Shown one piece after another: positions 13,878 through 28,590 of a stretch of 64,000 bases of DNA. Location of the stretch: positions 8,370,001 through 8,434,000 of the forward strand of contig OZ024755.1 in NCBI GenBank assembly GCA_964016885.1. Direction: 5' to 3'. Every line of letters begins with the position of its first letter. Position 1 is the first letter of the stretch. Under the pieces are notes generated by a model. It saw nothing but the letters and a program-made list of their open reading frames with translations, had not been told where the DNA came from and did not search any database. This DNA is from Eledone cirrhosa. Taxonomy: Eukaryota. The translations under genes were made by a program, and so were the position numbers.

Positions 13878-14804
13878 GTGTGTGTGTGTATGTGTGTGTG
13901 TGTTTAAGACCAGAATCTCGAATTTTAACGACCCAGAAAAAATGAAAGCAAAGTTTCTGTGGGATTCGAACCCAGAACAAGAAAAAAAGATATAAGTTCT
14001 GTTAGAAGCTGTCAGTTATAGAAAGGTCTTCAACGATCTGGACGAGGAGTTTGAAGTTTTACCGTACTAAATATTTATTTGGGAAATTACGTGAATGCAT
14101 CTACTAATTTCATGAAATCCGGTAACCATGACACAATTCGCAGGTGGAATCAGTGTGACACAAATTGACAATGCTGGACCGCAGAAATTCTGATAAATGC
14201 AGAAGGAATGAGGGATGACTAAAGAGAGAAAGTGAGAGAATTATCTACCCAGTAGTGAATTGATACGATACATATATCATTGTTTATTATCAATTATTCA
14301 ACAATATGACACCACAAGAAGGAACAACCACCGTTCTTGGAAATTTATGCTTGCACTGACTAGTGAGTGGGATGCAACTGAAGGTTTACTTCATACAGTG
14401 AATATGGATAATAATAATTTTTAATTTAGACACAAAACCAACGATTTTAAACGAGGAGAGAAAAACTGTTAGAGCGACGTTGATATCTGCGTAGAGCTTC
14501 ATTTTCTCCAATAACAATGATGACTTGCGAGGGATAGACATGCCCAGCATATTTTGTCCAACTCTCTAATGATTCTACCAATCCACTTCATAATTACGGT
14601 AAAGAAAACAGAATATCTGCAATCGGAAATATTGAAAGCTCTTAATTCTTAAACTGCTCTAAACTATACATGTAACAACAACAACAACACAAAACTTCCT
14701 CCGGACGAACAAATTGTAAATTCTCATAAGAAATCTTCCGGAATAATCTATCGGCATGAACATAACCTGAAAGATTCATAGGTATTGAAACGATATTGAT
14801 AGAT

Positions 14805-14870
14805 TCTTATTCGGACGAACGATTATGAAACGTCTCAAATCGTCTACATTAGAAAGAAGACGCAAGATCG
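14805..14870 (+). pseudogene. Possible decayed CR1/L2-type LINE ORF2 fragment
   Basis: SYSDERL..(frameshift)RLKSSTLERRRK resembles the SY.ERL..L.L.TLE.RR motif; short and degenerate. Confidence 0.3.
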
Positions 14871-14906
14871 CAAATGTGTTTACAGGTTCCGTATAGGATT
14901 ATTTAA

Positions 14907-15057
14907 GGCGACGAGTTGGTAGAGTCGTTAGAAAGTTGGATAAAATACTTTCCGGTATTAGTTTTGATCCTCTGCCTTGAGTTCAAATCCCACCGAGGTC
15001 AACTTTGCCTTTCAACATTTCGCGATCTATAAAAAAAGTACCAGTATAGTACTGGGA
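14907..15057 (+). mobile_element. Older S1-related SINE
   Basis: ggcgacgagttggtagagtcgttag...tgagttcaaatcccaccgaggtcaactttgcctttca...aagtaccagtatagtactggg. Confidence 0.7.
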
Positions 15058-15616
15058 TTCATCCTTCCTCTATATCTGTTCCTCACTTTTTCTCTCTCCC
15101 TTCCTCTATCCCCGTCTGGAAGAAATTTACTATGTTGCTGTATTAAGACCTGGAGAGGGATGGGATCCGTTATGTTTTAAAATGCCCTAGAAACGCCATA
15201 TTCATTACGGTACCCCTACAACTCGATCAGTAGTTATAGAATCCTAAAATACCACAAGGTTTATATCCGAAAGAATTGTTTCGGCAACAATCAGAAAATC
15301 TTCTGAGAAATGGATAGTAGATCTTCGGAGAGATATCTTCCCTAAAATATTTTGGCCCGGAACTTCTTAGACTCTAAGGGAACCGGGCTGCATCCACGTA
15401 TATGGGTGTATCCTAATGATATATTTCCTCCGGAAGGATCTCGAAAAATCACCCTCCTCAACAAGCAATCTTGGTAGGGGTTGTCAGTTTAGTCGCAGAC
15501 GAATCGACGATACAGCAGGATGTACTGGGTTACAAGCTACCAATATATTTATATATATGTTTGTGTCAGTATGTATGTATATACACACATACTTACGCAC
15601 GCAAGCGGATACAAAT

Positions 15617-15698
<82 letters not shown>

Positions 15699-17567
15699 AC
15701 ACACACATGCATGTGAGTGTGTCTGTATGTATTTATGTCTGTATGTGTTTATAATTGTATATACATATGCACGTATTTTTCTGAGTTGTATATGTGTTCC
15801 AGTGAGTAGAACGCGGTAGTATGTGATTATGTATGCAAGCTACTGGAACGTCGAGAGAATCGTAGCAAGGAATCGATAAATGCCACCATTCTTCAGAGTC
15901 CACCAGTTGCTTCTCTCAAGCTATCTATTTCTATCATGAACTTAACAAGTGATAACACTGAAGAGGTTTTATTTCCTTTATTTATAAACACACTCATCCA
16001 TATGTATATCTAGGAGAGGAAGAGAAAGTGCTTGTTTTGTATTGTGCCTTGAACGGATCATTACTTCCGTATGACAATAACTATAACTATATATATATAT
16101 ATATATATATATGAATATTCATGCATATTCAATACTTTTACAGATACAGATGCATGTATGCATATATATATACACACACTATGGATGAAGATAGTCTGTG
16201 ACATGTGTGGGAGTCCGACGATTTGTCCAACTCCCCTTCACTATTAATCTAAGTCAAGCGTAAGTCATAACTTCGTAATTTGATGTTGTGACCATCGTCT
16301 CAGGAGGACAAACATCAACATATTATTTCCGTTTACCGATTTAATTCATAAATCTTGGTTCAAGTTCTATGTTAAAAGAGACTTACACTCAATGAGGAAT
16401 TTTTCTTTCGTCAATCCCTGGTATTTCACAATTTCTAAACAAAAGTTATCACGACGTTGCCATAGTTATAAATGTGTCCCTTCACCAGTAATTTATTTAT
16501 CGCCCTCAAAAGCATGAGAAGCAAAGCTGACTACAGTGGGATTTGAACACAGTGTGCTGTTACTCACAACAGATAACGAAACATTTCGTTCAACACCCAC
16601 ATGTCAACTCTATCAAACCTAAGCCTTAGTACATACTAAGTCTTTTAAATGAAAAGTCGTAGCAAACTGTGTTTTCAGTTATGAACGGAGTATAGTTGTT
16701 ATAATATATTGGAGAAGTTAACTGAAAGAGAAATTCACTCAGAAAAATATGTCTTTGTATGGTATTGCTCTAACAATACTCATTAACATCCTTGATATAC
16801 GAGGAATTCCTAAGATTGCTCCTATCCTGAAATAGATTCGGAATATTTAGCATGGCAGTTTATATATAGACGATGTTTGTGATCATAACCGAAGTCTATC
16901 GGAGACGTTATTGCTCTCACCCTAGTTCCTTCAAGAGGAGGACATAATGGCCTCTTAGATAGAAATATTCGAAGCCAAGTAGAAAAACACATCCCTTGAA
17001 CCATATAGCTGAGCAGTCAGTTTCTGAATGGTAAAGCAACGCTTGTACTAATTTCTTAACCGCCCAGCTTCTGTTGGCATGATGAAGAATGTAACAGTAA
17101 TAAAGAGGTAGTGTTATATTTTTTTCAATACCAGAGTATAGCGAAATATAAAAGTATTGAATTTAACTATATCTAATCTTTTCTTCTGCCAAATAAACTT
17201 AAGGGATATCACTTCAGATGTTACGTTATTCAGCTCCAAGCTATTTAGTTACAGATTGCGCCAATATATACTCAGACATTGTGATATTTAGTGTTTGGGG
17301 ATTTGGCTTAGATATATTGATAAAGCCTAAAGTTTGATAGTCATATCCTGAAGCATAGAAATGCAAGTATTTTGTTTAATTATAAGAGAATACTTTAAGG
17401 TTATGGTAGTACTGAATAGTTATTACAGTGTCTATCGGATATCATTGATTGTATTTTCAAAATCTCGTAATGCTATTCCAATTAAGAAATGTTGCTATTG
17501 TTCACGAAAGAATTCAAGAAAACACCGTAAGTATATATGATATCAAAAGCTACACAGCCAGTATATA

Positions 17568-17864
17568 GTGAAGGCTCAGCGGTTAGAGAATTGGGTTTAC
17601 AATCGTGTGGTTATGAGTTCGAATCTCGGATCGGGTGGTGTTGTGTTCTTGTGCAAGGCACTTTATATTACGCTGCTCCATTTCACTCAGCTGTATAAAT
17701 GAGTCGCAACCTCACTAGTCCCAGTTTATACCACCCTTTTCCTTTCCCTTGGACTACTGGTAAGAATGGGTGACTGTTGGTCATACACATAAACTTCTTG
17801 CCCTTGCTTTTGCCTCGGAGAGGAAACTTTGGAGGTGCAAATTCCATAGTCATTCCTGACCGAA

Positions 17865-17866
<2 letters not shown>
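17568..17866 (+). mobile_element. S2a SINE: tRNA-like head, CORE-like domain, tail a, then (TG)n
   Basis: Head gtgaaggctcagcggttagag...gagttcgaatctc. CORE-like gtgttcttgtgcaaggcacttta...ctcagctgtataaatgag. Head homologous to the reverse complement of 35454-35649. Confidence 0.7.
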
Positions 17867-17940
<74 letters not shown>

Positions 17941-20734
17941 ATGCCTATATGTGTGTAGGTTTAGATTCTATGCTGTATATTAAGTGATCAGAACATACAT
18001 AAGCCTGTTATTTATCGTTGATGTTAGTAATAAAAAAGATTGTTGTATTAGTCTTCTTTTAAGGTCAAGATTCTTGGTAATATTTAATTTTTTCAAAATT
18101 CTTTGAATACTTCGGGTGTTTTGATTTCGTAGGCTCAGCAACTAGTTATTATAGATTTCTTATCACATTTAATATCTATACTTCTCTATATTTCTATGGT
18201 CTTGTGTTTAATTAAAAAACGGTAACGTTGCTGTCAATGTGGAATGTAAATGCATTCTTGCATTTTCTGCTCAAATCAACAGTTGATACATCTTCAATCT
18301 TCAAGCCAAGAAAATTGGATTAGTAACCAGGAAGTAGAAGTGTGATGAAATTTAAATTTAATAATAACCCTTACAATTAATAAATAGACGAAAGGTAAAC
18401 GTTAACAGTTTGTGTACGTTCTTAAATATCTAAAATAAAGTATATTTAGTGTAATTGATGCTGCAGAATATCGATTGTCCTCATGAAAGTCAATTGAACT
18501 AAACTAGAAATAAATGTTGTACTGAGTTTGGACGGATATAATATTTCTTGTCACCTGCAATTAATCTTTAGTTTATCAATTTTTCAGTTCTATTGTACGT
18601 TGGCTCATTATTTTGATCTCAAGTTATTAAGTGCTGTCTTTCTTCAGTCCATTAGTTTGGGGGCAATATAATTATTTTAAATATACTTAATCGCCTCCAT
18701 CAACTTGTTTAGTGTCTCTACTATTATTTTCTGTTTTCTTTCGTTTTCATTTTTTCATTATCGCTTTGAAGTTAGTGTGGAAATTTCTTTGCATAGTTTT
18801 AGATTTTAAATTCATGTTTCTCGTGTGATCTTAAATAGTTCGTTTATATTCTTATTTTATTTGTAAACACAATTCATTGTGTATATATTGAATAGTTGTT
18901 TAACAAGCAAATAGAAATTTACTTAAAGAAGTGCTACAGATTCATTTCCTTTTCTTGTAGAATAATTTCAACGAAGAATTGATTAAAAGTCTACGTGGTT
19001 CTATAAACAGACAAGGCTATTTCTATTTTGTGAAGTGAAAACAAATAAAATTTAAATTTGTTATGCTCGATCACTCCCTCTCTCCCCATCTCTGATTGTC
19101 CCTCTCTCTCTCTCCCCCTCTCTCTCTCTGTCTCTTTCTCATATATATATATAGTTTCTCTCTCCTGTTTGTTTTTCTTTCAATGGGTATATTTTCTCTG
19201 TTTAGATATCTCGCGCTCATTTCTTCCTTTTTGAAAAACATTTTTTTATCTTTTTCAATTATAACTGCATCTTCTATCGAAATGAACTCGGTTAAGTACA
19301 CCATCAAGTTATTTTCTGCACTCTTATCGAAACTCAGATCCTCTATTAAAAACCTTAATTTCTATTTATCTAACAATCTCACATCCATATATTACGCAAC
19401 GTCACCATCTCTCGTACTGTGGCATTTCACGTCAGCTTTTGTCTGGGGGTACTTTAATGCTAAGTATCGTGGAGAGCACATTTATTTTAGCCCTCGTTAC
19501 AAACTTGGCCAACCTTCCGTATCACCACAATGTTTGTAGGACCATCATCTAAACAAACTTCGATCCTTCCATTTATGCCACAGCTTGCTAGCACTTATAC
19601 GTCTCATATTGTAGCGGCCCAAATTATCTCTAACAAATATTATCAATTTTTATCTCAACTATTGTTAACTGAGAAATATAAAACCCTCTGTTATTTGTTT
19701 TCTTAACTCTTCATATACAGGACACACTTTCTACTAAACCAACCAGTTGTGTTGCAAAGAGAAAAAGTATTACTGATACGTGTTCCCGAGACTTGCGTCA
19801 CGCGATCTTAAATATATTGTGGCTTATGTATTTATTATCATGTATTGCATCAGAAATAGGATTTATATTTGAGAATCAATTTTCTGATAATGTTAAGGTT
19901 AAACATTGCATTATTGCGCAACGCAAATTATTGATTTGTTTCCCATAGGCAGAGGTTTAAACAAATTTAATGTATAGACCCACATATATGTATGTTAAGT
20001 ATTCAAAGATCAACCACACATGAGAAACAAGTATAAATCTCCGACAGATTATGAACTCGAACCGTACATGAACATATCTAAATACTGGAATGTAGTCAAT
20101 TGCTTCGACATTCCTGTCACGTGACAGCCCTAGGAAAGCCATTATTCACTCATTATGAACAATAGCACGTTCCTCACTTATATCCTGACCGGACACAAAT
20201 CTCATATATTGTGTTATCAGATTGGAATATCAACTAATAGTTAAGTGCACTTAATAATATGATCTATATCTTAAAGCATTCAGTTATACAATCAAATGAG
20301 ATATATAGTTTAGGAAGCCAGTTTTATTCTCAAACCTTGTTTCTATAATAGTTATATAAATGAACTGTATTTATTCTAATATCCCTCTAGATATAAATTA
20401 TCATTTAAGTAGGTATGAAATAGGAGTGAAGGAGCTAAAAATTTGCTCTGGCACACATATTGATGAGTATGAGAAATAAACCTTTGAGATAGCATGATAT
20501 ATCTAGTAAATAGAACTTCTAAAAGTACGAGTTGTGTAACATAAATGTTATGATTACAATGTTGTGCGATTTCAAATTTCACCTGTTAGATTTCGAATAT
20601 GTTGTTAATTTCTTTGTAGAATATTAATAGTTTTGCCTAACGGTCTTTGAATTCGCCGCCACCGAAACTATTCGCAGATTGCTTTTCAGTATGGCATGAT
20701 GCATACGAATGACATTAAAGATATTATAAACATA

Positions 20735-20951
20735 GGGCAGTGAAATGGCAGAATCGGTACAGCGTATGACACCATGCTTCATGGCCTAGAGGTAGGGTCC
20801 TTTACGTTCTGAGTTCAAATACCTCCGAGGTTAGTTATGCGTTTTATCCTTACGGGGTCGACTAAATATAATATCAGTCATGCACTGGGTCGATTTAATC
20901 GGCTTTCACTCTCCCCCAAAATTGCTGGCCTTGTGCCTCTATAAAAACCAT
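20735..20951 (+). mobile_element. Long-variant S1 SINE with 13-bp TSD
   Basis: A/B boxes, central domain, extra gggtcgatttaatcg..ctccccc segment; tattataaacata at 20722-34 and 20952-64. Confidence 0.85.
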
Positions 20952-21323
20952 TATTATAAACATATTGTAATATTGATGGTGACAAAGATATATAGAAAAG
21001 TCCAATGTTGTAATACTATTGGATTTGGTGTGTCACATTTAAAAACGTTTATCCAATTTTACGAACCATATATATCAATTATTGTCTCCATATATTAATG
21101 GAAATTAATATAAACAGTAATATCCCCCTGATCGACTTAATCTACATTACCACATATTCCTCTGTACTTAACAAATTGATTATATATAAATATAATTTGT
21201 CATGTCGATTACTAAGAATTACTTTGGTTATCATGTACTACTGCGATGTGAATATCTGAGTGGAAGTATATAAAATGGAAATTTACATAGTCATATTTTA
21301 TAATTAATATATACATACATACA

Positions 21324-21371
<48 letters not shown>

Positions 21372-22679
21372 TATATATATTATATATGTTTATATGTATG
21401 TATTTGGTGGGTGGAGGTGGCCAGGAATTGATTCTTTTCTATCGAAAGAAAGTATAGAATGCTGGAGCCAAATGTGCTGCGCTTCAACATAACTTCATTT
21501 CGATATAATGCTGACAGCGGTATATCACTTCCGAAATTTGCAAAAAGCCATTAACTTTTTTATGCTTGAGAAAGAACATGACTATTGAGCGTCGGCTATA
21601 TGTAATATACTAATATTTCTCTTTTTACTGTATATAATGTAATCAATTCAAGTAACGAAATAGCCATCACTATGTGACTGTGCATCAGAGCAGAGTAGAT
21701 AAAAAGAAACAAAAAGCCGATTACGAACACATGTTGGAAGAAGCAAAGAAACATATTTATAGAATCTCCGATTGAAAGTGATAAATCCGTTTTGTATATG
21801 TATTAGCGCAGCTAAAAAGCAAAAAACGGCTTTGTATAATATACAACCACCTCTCCGTCAATATTTATAGTATGGATGACGTTTTGATTGTAAAAGAATA
21901 TTTTATTAAGCGCTTAGAATAAAAGCAACAGGGAAACAAAAAATCAGCAATAACATCGAAAAACAACAATAACATCGAAAAACAAAAACAGACATATTTG
22001 CATCAGTTTCGTTTCGTTGTTTTGCTGTTAATCTTGTAAGATATATTTGTTCTGCTGGAAAAATGTAATAATTATACACGTGTACAAGCAATCACATTAA
22101 CATCTGTTGTCATTTTGATCGACACAGAATAAATAAATACATATATAAATACATAAATAAGAACTGGATAAAGAAAATGAAAACTTTCCCTCGATTTACC
22201 AATTAATAAAGTATAACAGCGTGCTTAGCGATGTGTAGAAAATTTGTTTTATATTCAGGAATATAGAAAATTGTTGAATATTTCGTTCTCGGTACAATAG
22301 CTATGTTATTTCTGTGTTACATCATAACGTAGTAACATTGAACAGGCCATCGGTTTATTATGCAAATATTGCATAAAGTAATGAAACACAATCAGTAAAA
22401 ACTGTATTCTGAAGAAAACAGCATTGTAATTTGTTAGTATGTTCCAGGCCATTATCCACTGTTCAATAGACCTCTTTTCTCTTTTAGACCCATAATTCGT
22501 GATGGAGTCGTAGGGGCGCCATATTGTCCTTTGTTTTGATATTTTAAAACCTGACAGAGCCTATATATGCTCAATAAACATATAGTGTCTTATATATCAA
22601 TTCAATACAAAAAGCTTGTGCTTTATTTACGTTACTCATTTTACTGAGATAAATCAACAATTCTATTGCATAATTGACT

Positions 22680-22860
22680 CTACTTCCGGCACAAGGACAG
22701 CAATTTGAAGGCAAGAAGAAAATCCTTTAGTCGTACTTTTTTTATCGACTCAGCAAGTATGAAAGGCAAAGCTAAGCTCGGCAACATTTGAATGCAACTA
22801 TATACCACAAAGCATGTGACAGACGCTCTACCGATATTTCTAATCCTCTGCTCTACATTT
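22680..22860 (-). mobile_element. Degenerate S1 SINE
   Basis: ggcacaaggacagcaattt...tttatcgactcagcaagtatgaaaggcaaagctaagctcggcaacatttgaa...ctctaccgata. Confidence 0.6.
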
Positions 22861-22895
22861 CTATTACATAATAATAGGTTTACTCTTGTAGTGTA

Positions 22896-23130
22896 GTGTA
22901 CGGACATTTCCTTCACCACGACATCCTGCTCAAAAGAATTCTCCAGAACTCTTGTAGGAGGGCGAAGAAGAGAAAGACAAAATCTTCCTGGTCGGAAAGC
23001 ATCATGAACTGGACCAATCTCAACATTGTGACCCTTCAGTGTATGAAGGAGTACAGAGAGCAGTTGCGATTTCTGACGACCAGAAAATCTAAATTATCAT
23101 CACAAAGATTGGCTGCACCAATTAGGAAAA
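22896..23130 (+). pseudogene. Decayed RTE-clade LINE ORF C-terminus
   Basis: YGHFLHHDILLKRILQNSCRRAKKRKTKSSWSESIMNWTNL...YREQLR resembles the RTE pattern (W/Y)GH..RHD.L.K.ILQG....RRRGR..W...I..WT.L...DR..WR. Confidence 0.65.
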
Positions 23131-26100
23131 TATGGTGTTAAAAGATGTTGGAGGAGTATTTCCTATTGGGAATTTCTATTATTTCATTTGTCGTGAAGAA
23201 TCAGATGTTTCTGAAAATAGACCATCTAAGTGAGAGGATAAAAATAAAGTGGTATTATCGCTTTGGCCTTATATTTCATGTATCCACCTCTGAACTACTA
23301 GCAAATTTATGTTCACTAGTTCCCTCATAATCTAGGTGTTATATTAATTGTTAAGTTTATTTAACATCTAATCTGTTGATTGTTTCTGTTAAGATATTAT
23401 ATATCTGCCGCATGTAACTCTATAGATAACCAGATTATTTTACTCTTGATTATATTCTGCGCGATCTATTGTTCTTCCATTCTTTTAAGGCTATATGATG
23501 CGATCTGAGGTATACCTGTCTTCTATTTCTAGCTGATTGACCAACTGCACAGAAGTAATCTCGTTGCACAATGTTTCAATTTTTATCTTAATAGGAAAGC
23601 AGATTTAAATTTTGATTAATCTATATAGCGGTTTATAACTTCAAAAGAATTGAACTACTTTAAAGTCAGACAAATTAATATAGGAAAACTTTAAAATATA
23701 ATTGAATATATTTCGATGAGAACAATATACTTGTTTACATTTACCTCAGATTAAGTTTTAAACCATTGAAACTCAAGTAGTTTTTATATTTGTGTACAAA
23801 ACAGAATGATGGACTGCCTGAATCGGTAGATACACATATGCATGGAAGTATTTAGTTGTAAATGTTTACGTTCTACAACCATCTCTTGAGGCATATTTAT
23901 ATAAACATGTAAAAAAATATATGTTTCATCGTACTGGTGAACGGATGTGATATCTGACCAGGCTCATTTTAAACATTGTGACTGTCTTGTGTGTACTGGT
24001 AAAAAGATTGAAAATTGTATCTTATCAGCCCTGCAATTCCAATATTACCAGCATATACTAGACAGAAAAATGACCTAATACGTAGATGTTGATTAAATAT
24101 CCAATCCATTCGTAGTATATATTATCTGATACTTACCATGTTTTAAAAATTAGAAAGCAGAAAAGTTGTAAGGAAGGTAAAGTTTTTATGACCATTACTT
24201 GTATAACTATGTTGCTTTCAAACGTGTATTCAGTCCTTTAAAACACGGTCTTTTGTTTATGTTCTGAGCCGGGCTGGACTTCACGGAATACATTTATATT
24301 AATGTTTATATTTTTCAAAAGGCAGTCTTGCAATTACAGGAATCAAATAGTTTCGATAATGGTTTAGAGCCGAACGATTAATAGGTTTACTTCGCAACCA
24401 ATAGGCCCTAGGTTCGATCATACTGCGTGGCAACATCGTGGGTATTTTATACTTGCCAAGACCACACTTGATCCATGCCTAGTCGGTGAAATTGAGTAAA
24501 CAGTACGACTGTACTTATAACTCAAAAGGCCAAACTCTTCACATTATGCTCGGTTAATAATTTAAGAGTATACATACCTATAGAATGCTCAGCCACCTAC
24601 AAGTTAATTTCTTGAGTGATCTAAGAACCAGAAAATGTAACGTCAAAAACAACAGAGGTCCATTTAATGGTGTCTATGCTTATATGTATTAAGAATATAT
24701 ATGAAGAATGATGTTTAAACCTCATCTGACATATCACTCTACCTGGTATTATTTTTACTATAAGGTACTATACAGGTATAGTGGTATACATGCTTCTGAA
24801 GTAAAATAGTCAAATGTTTCTTTTGTAATAAATCTTCTCTGCATTAAGTCGGAACATTTCTTATGATTTCCTTGTGGAGCAGAATAGAAAATATATGAAA
24901 GTTACTGTTGCACAGGGAAACATGCATATATATTATAATATATAAATGTGTGTGTCTATGTGTGTGTGGGTGTGTGTGTGGGTGTGTGTGTGTGTGTGTG
25001 TGAAATATCTTCCATATTTTAGTTTGAAATCAGTTTCTTCACTATTACCAGTAGTAAATATGTTTGTCCGGTGTACATCTATTTTTTGCTACACTAAGTA
25101 ATTTGTGATATCAAGTAAAAAATATAAAATTTGAACTTTATCAAAATATGAATATTTTGTACTAAATCATGAATTTCTTTTTTTCAGAAATAAATCTTGC
25201 TAAACACACACATATATATGTCTAAAATAAATGTCAATTATTCAAACTTTTTAGAGACCTTTTACTATTTCATATATATATTGTAATAAACTTTTGATGA
25301 ACCGTTCGAATTTCGGAAGCAATGCTTCACAGCTTACGTTCCAGATCTTTCCACTCTGACTTGAAATTATACAGAAGCCACTATTCCTTTTCATCGGCTG
25401 TGTTCAGTCCTGGCTTATTATTTTCTCATGCAGATCAAAAATGGACAAGATATGGCGTATATCAGCGTGATACAATGCGACACCAACCTAAGTTATAGGT
25501 TCGAAGAACGACGATATACTGTTACACAATATTTGGTTCAAACCTTCTAGTTCGTCCAATTACAAATGACATTATGAATGTGTTCCTTGATCGTCATGAG
25601 GTTTTTGATTAAATTCTTTAGTTTATCAGCTCCTTTTGGCCAATTGGCGTAAATATATCAACTGAAAACATGCTGGTGTCACGTTTATCATAGAATGATG
25701 AAATGTTTTACGGATTACTTGGTGGTAATAGTTTCGTCTATGTTACAGTTTCTCTTCATTGTGTTTGCCATGAAACTTCTAGACCAATTCTCTGTTTAGA
25801 ATCTTGATTTCACAATTTCGTTTATTGCTTCTTCTTCCTTCTTATATTTGTTTCTCATTTCAGTTTCTCTTTTATATTCGTTTGTCTCTTTGAAGATCAA
25901 AAATATATTTTCTTTCATTTTCGAGTTTTGTAGCTAATTGTATGATATTTCCATAATTATTCACTACATATTTTGTAGTCATTCTATAGATATTTTATAA
26001 TAGGGTTCTAGATGCAGCAGAAACGTCCATACCTTCTCGTCGTTATTATAACGTTATTATAACCATTTAATACTAGATCTGGATGGTGTATTCAAAATGC

Positions 26101-26402
26101 AGTCGATATATTTTGTCATCTCCAGGCTTATTCGTTTAATGTCTAATTGAGAATATTGTATATAATATATTATAAAGACGTCTAAATCATTGATGTCTAT
26201 TAATACCTCTATTTTATTGCTCTTAGTTTTGTTTTACCTATTAATCTATAACTTCAGTACTATTAGTTCCCAAACCCTTGGTCAATTTAAATAGTTTGTA
26301 AGCTGTTTAATTCATCACCCCATTAATATTTATAAATATACTTTATCTGGCATGATGTCAGTGTCAACGTTGTCAAGGTGTACAATTCGCTTCACATGTA
26401 GA

Positions 26403-26540
26403 GGCACAGGCATGACACTATGTTTACGAAGTTCGTTTCTCAACGACGTGGATCATTCACATTTCGTTAATGTATTGCTATAAGGTGTTGACCTATGCAA
26501 TTTCAGTAAAATTCGAAACCATTTAGAAAACCGATGTATA
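26403..26540 (+). mobile_element. Old SINE relic (family S4; related relics near 24375-24500 and 53875-54010)
   Basis: Head ggcacaggcatgac...gaagttcgtttctcaac, shared loosely with gggagaggcatgactgtgtagttaagg at 53875; assignment relies on a recalled octopus SINE consensus. Confidence 0.35.
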
Positions 26541-26994
26541 TATATACACACACACACACCACACAACACACATCTGTGTGTTTCTTTAGTGGTGTTTCCA
26601 GTGATCTGAGAACAAATAGAGAACAATAAAACAAGTAGCATGTGGGATATGTCGACTACATCCCTTCATCGTTTTGCTCCACCAAAGCCACAGTCTTTTG
26701 ACTTATACCAATGAAAGAATTTATATAAACGAGTTTAGTCTCTGTAGCAATGCTTTTATGTATTTTTCGTCTGCAGCTTAGAAATTAAAGTTGACCACAT
26801 ACAAGCATTATATTAAAATGCCATCATCGTAATGTGTTGTTTTCTGGAACTGTCGTTTTCCATATTTATGATTTATCACGCAAAAGATAGCTGGTTGTCC
26901 TATCATAGCATGTGTATCAGACGTCATCTTGTTTATCACGTTCGATAAATATGTTAGTACCAGGTAGTAAAAGAAATAAAATGACGGGGTAAGA

Positions 26995-27265
26995 GAACAA
27001 GATAGAGAGAGAAATAGAGAGATAGACAGAGAGAGAAAGAGAGAAAGAGAGAAATAGAGAGAGAGATAAAGAGAGAGAAAGAGGGAGAGAGAGAGAGATA
27101 GAGAGAGAAAGATAAAGAGAGACAGAGAGAGAGAAAGGTAAAGAGAGAGAGAGAGAGAGAAAGATAGAGAGAGAAAGAGATAGAAAGAAAGATAGAGAGA
27201 GGAAGAGATAGAGATAGAGAGAGAGGAAGAGATAGAGATAGAGTGAGAGATAAAGAGAGCAAAAG
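26995..27265. repeat. Degenerate (GA)n purine tract
   Basis: Direct reading. Confidence 0.9.
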
Positions 27266-27592
27266 AGAGTGAAAAATGGAGAAATATATGTATATAAAGA
27301 GAGAGTTAGAGAAATTGTCTGTATATGTGTATATATGTTTGTGAATGAGCGAAACTTTGATAGAGCTACCTTAGAAAATTCGTCTTTTATTCATCTAAAT
27401 TCTTCAGTTATGTCTTTATTGATCAGCAATTGATCTTTTCAGCTAGATAGATGAACCTTTGTAACACGGCTTCTGCTCTTCTTGAAAGATGTTTTTCAAG
27501 TTCATTATTTATTCTGTGAGTATGTCGTAGAAAGGTAACGTATATGAGTCTGTAGTTCTTAATGTTTGTTGTTTCGCTTGTGCGCCGATTAG

Positions 27593-27596
<4 letters not shown>

Positions 27597-27632
<36 letters not shown>

Positions 27633-27645
27633 TATACATATATAT

Positions 27646-27676
<31 letters not shown>

Positions 27677-27726
27677 CACATACACACATATATATATATA
27701 TACATGTATATGTATACACACATATA

Positions 27727-27758
<32 letters not shown>

Positions 27759-28061
27759 CATACATATATATATATACATACATACATATATATATACATA
27801 CATACATACATATATATACACAGATACATATATATACATATATATATATACATACATACATATATACATACATATATATACACAGATACATATATATACA
27901 TATATATATATATACATACATATATACATACATATATATACACAGATACATATATATACATATATATATATATATACATACATATATATACATATATATA
28001 TATACATATATATATACATACATATATATATATATACGCACACACACACACGCGCACACAC

Positions 28062-28115
<54 letters not shown>
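27597..28115. repeat. Compound (TA)/(CA)/(TACA) microsatellite
   Basis: Direct reading. Confidence 0.95.
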
Positions 28116-28120
<5 letters not shown>

Positions 28121-28317
28121 CCTTATCTTCTACAATAGTTTTACGTCAACTACAAGAACGAAGTTATTTCTTTGATTTCTAACACTCTTTTGCACAATAT
28201 TATCGTCTTTAAATATTGAAATGTTGATAACTAATACGATACACTGTCATATTCGTCACTAAGAATAATGTTAAGCTTCTTACGTTATATATTTTGGTCT
28301 GAATCTGTTAAATTTCC

Positions 28318-28318
28318 A

Positions 28319-28373
<55 letters not shown>

Positions 28374-28392
28374 GTTGTGCTGCTGCTACTAC
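28318..28392. repeat. (CTA)n trinucleotide repeat grading into CTG
   Basis: Direct reading. Confidence 0.9.
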
Positions 28393-28402
28393 AACATTAT
28401 TT

Positions 28403-28590
28403 GCGGTAGATTGGCAGTATAGGTAGAGATTCGGACGCCATGCTTTCCAGCATAGTTACGTCCCTTTACGATCAGAGTTCAAATCTTGCCGAGGTTAACT
28501 TTTGCTTTCATCCTTACGTTGTCGATAAAATAAAGTACCAGTAATGTACTGCGTAATTGCTGGCCTTGTGCCAAATGTAGAAACAATTAT
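28403..28590 (+). mobile_element. S1 SINE
   Basis: Full head-to-tail match to 46134-46327. Confidence 0.9.

Noticed and set aside
19420-19560. WGYFNAK and DHHL motifs suggestive of an APE endonuclease
   Set aside because: Motifs are far too close together and the catalytic Asp is absent; chance cannot be excluded.
25415-25550. Possible exon or LINE endonuclease piece (ISVIQC...)
   Set aside because: Short frame ending in a stop; similarity limited to a few residues.
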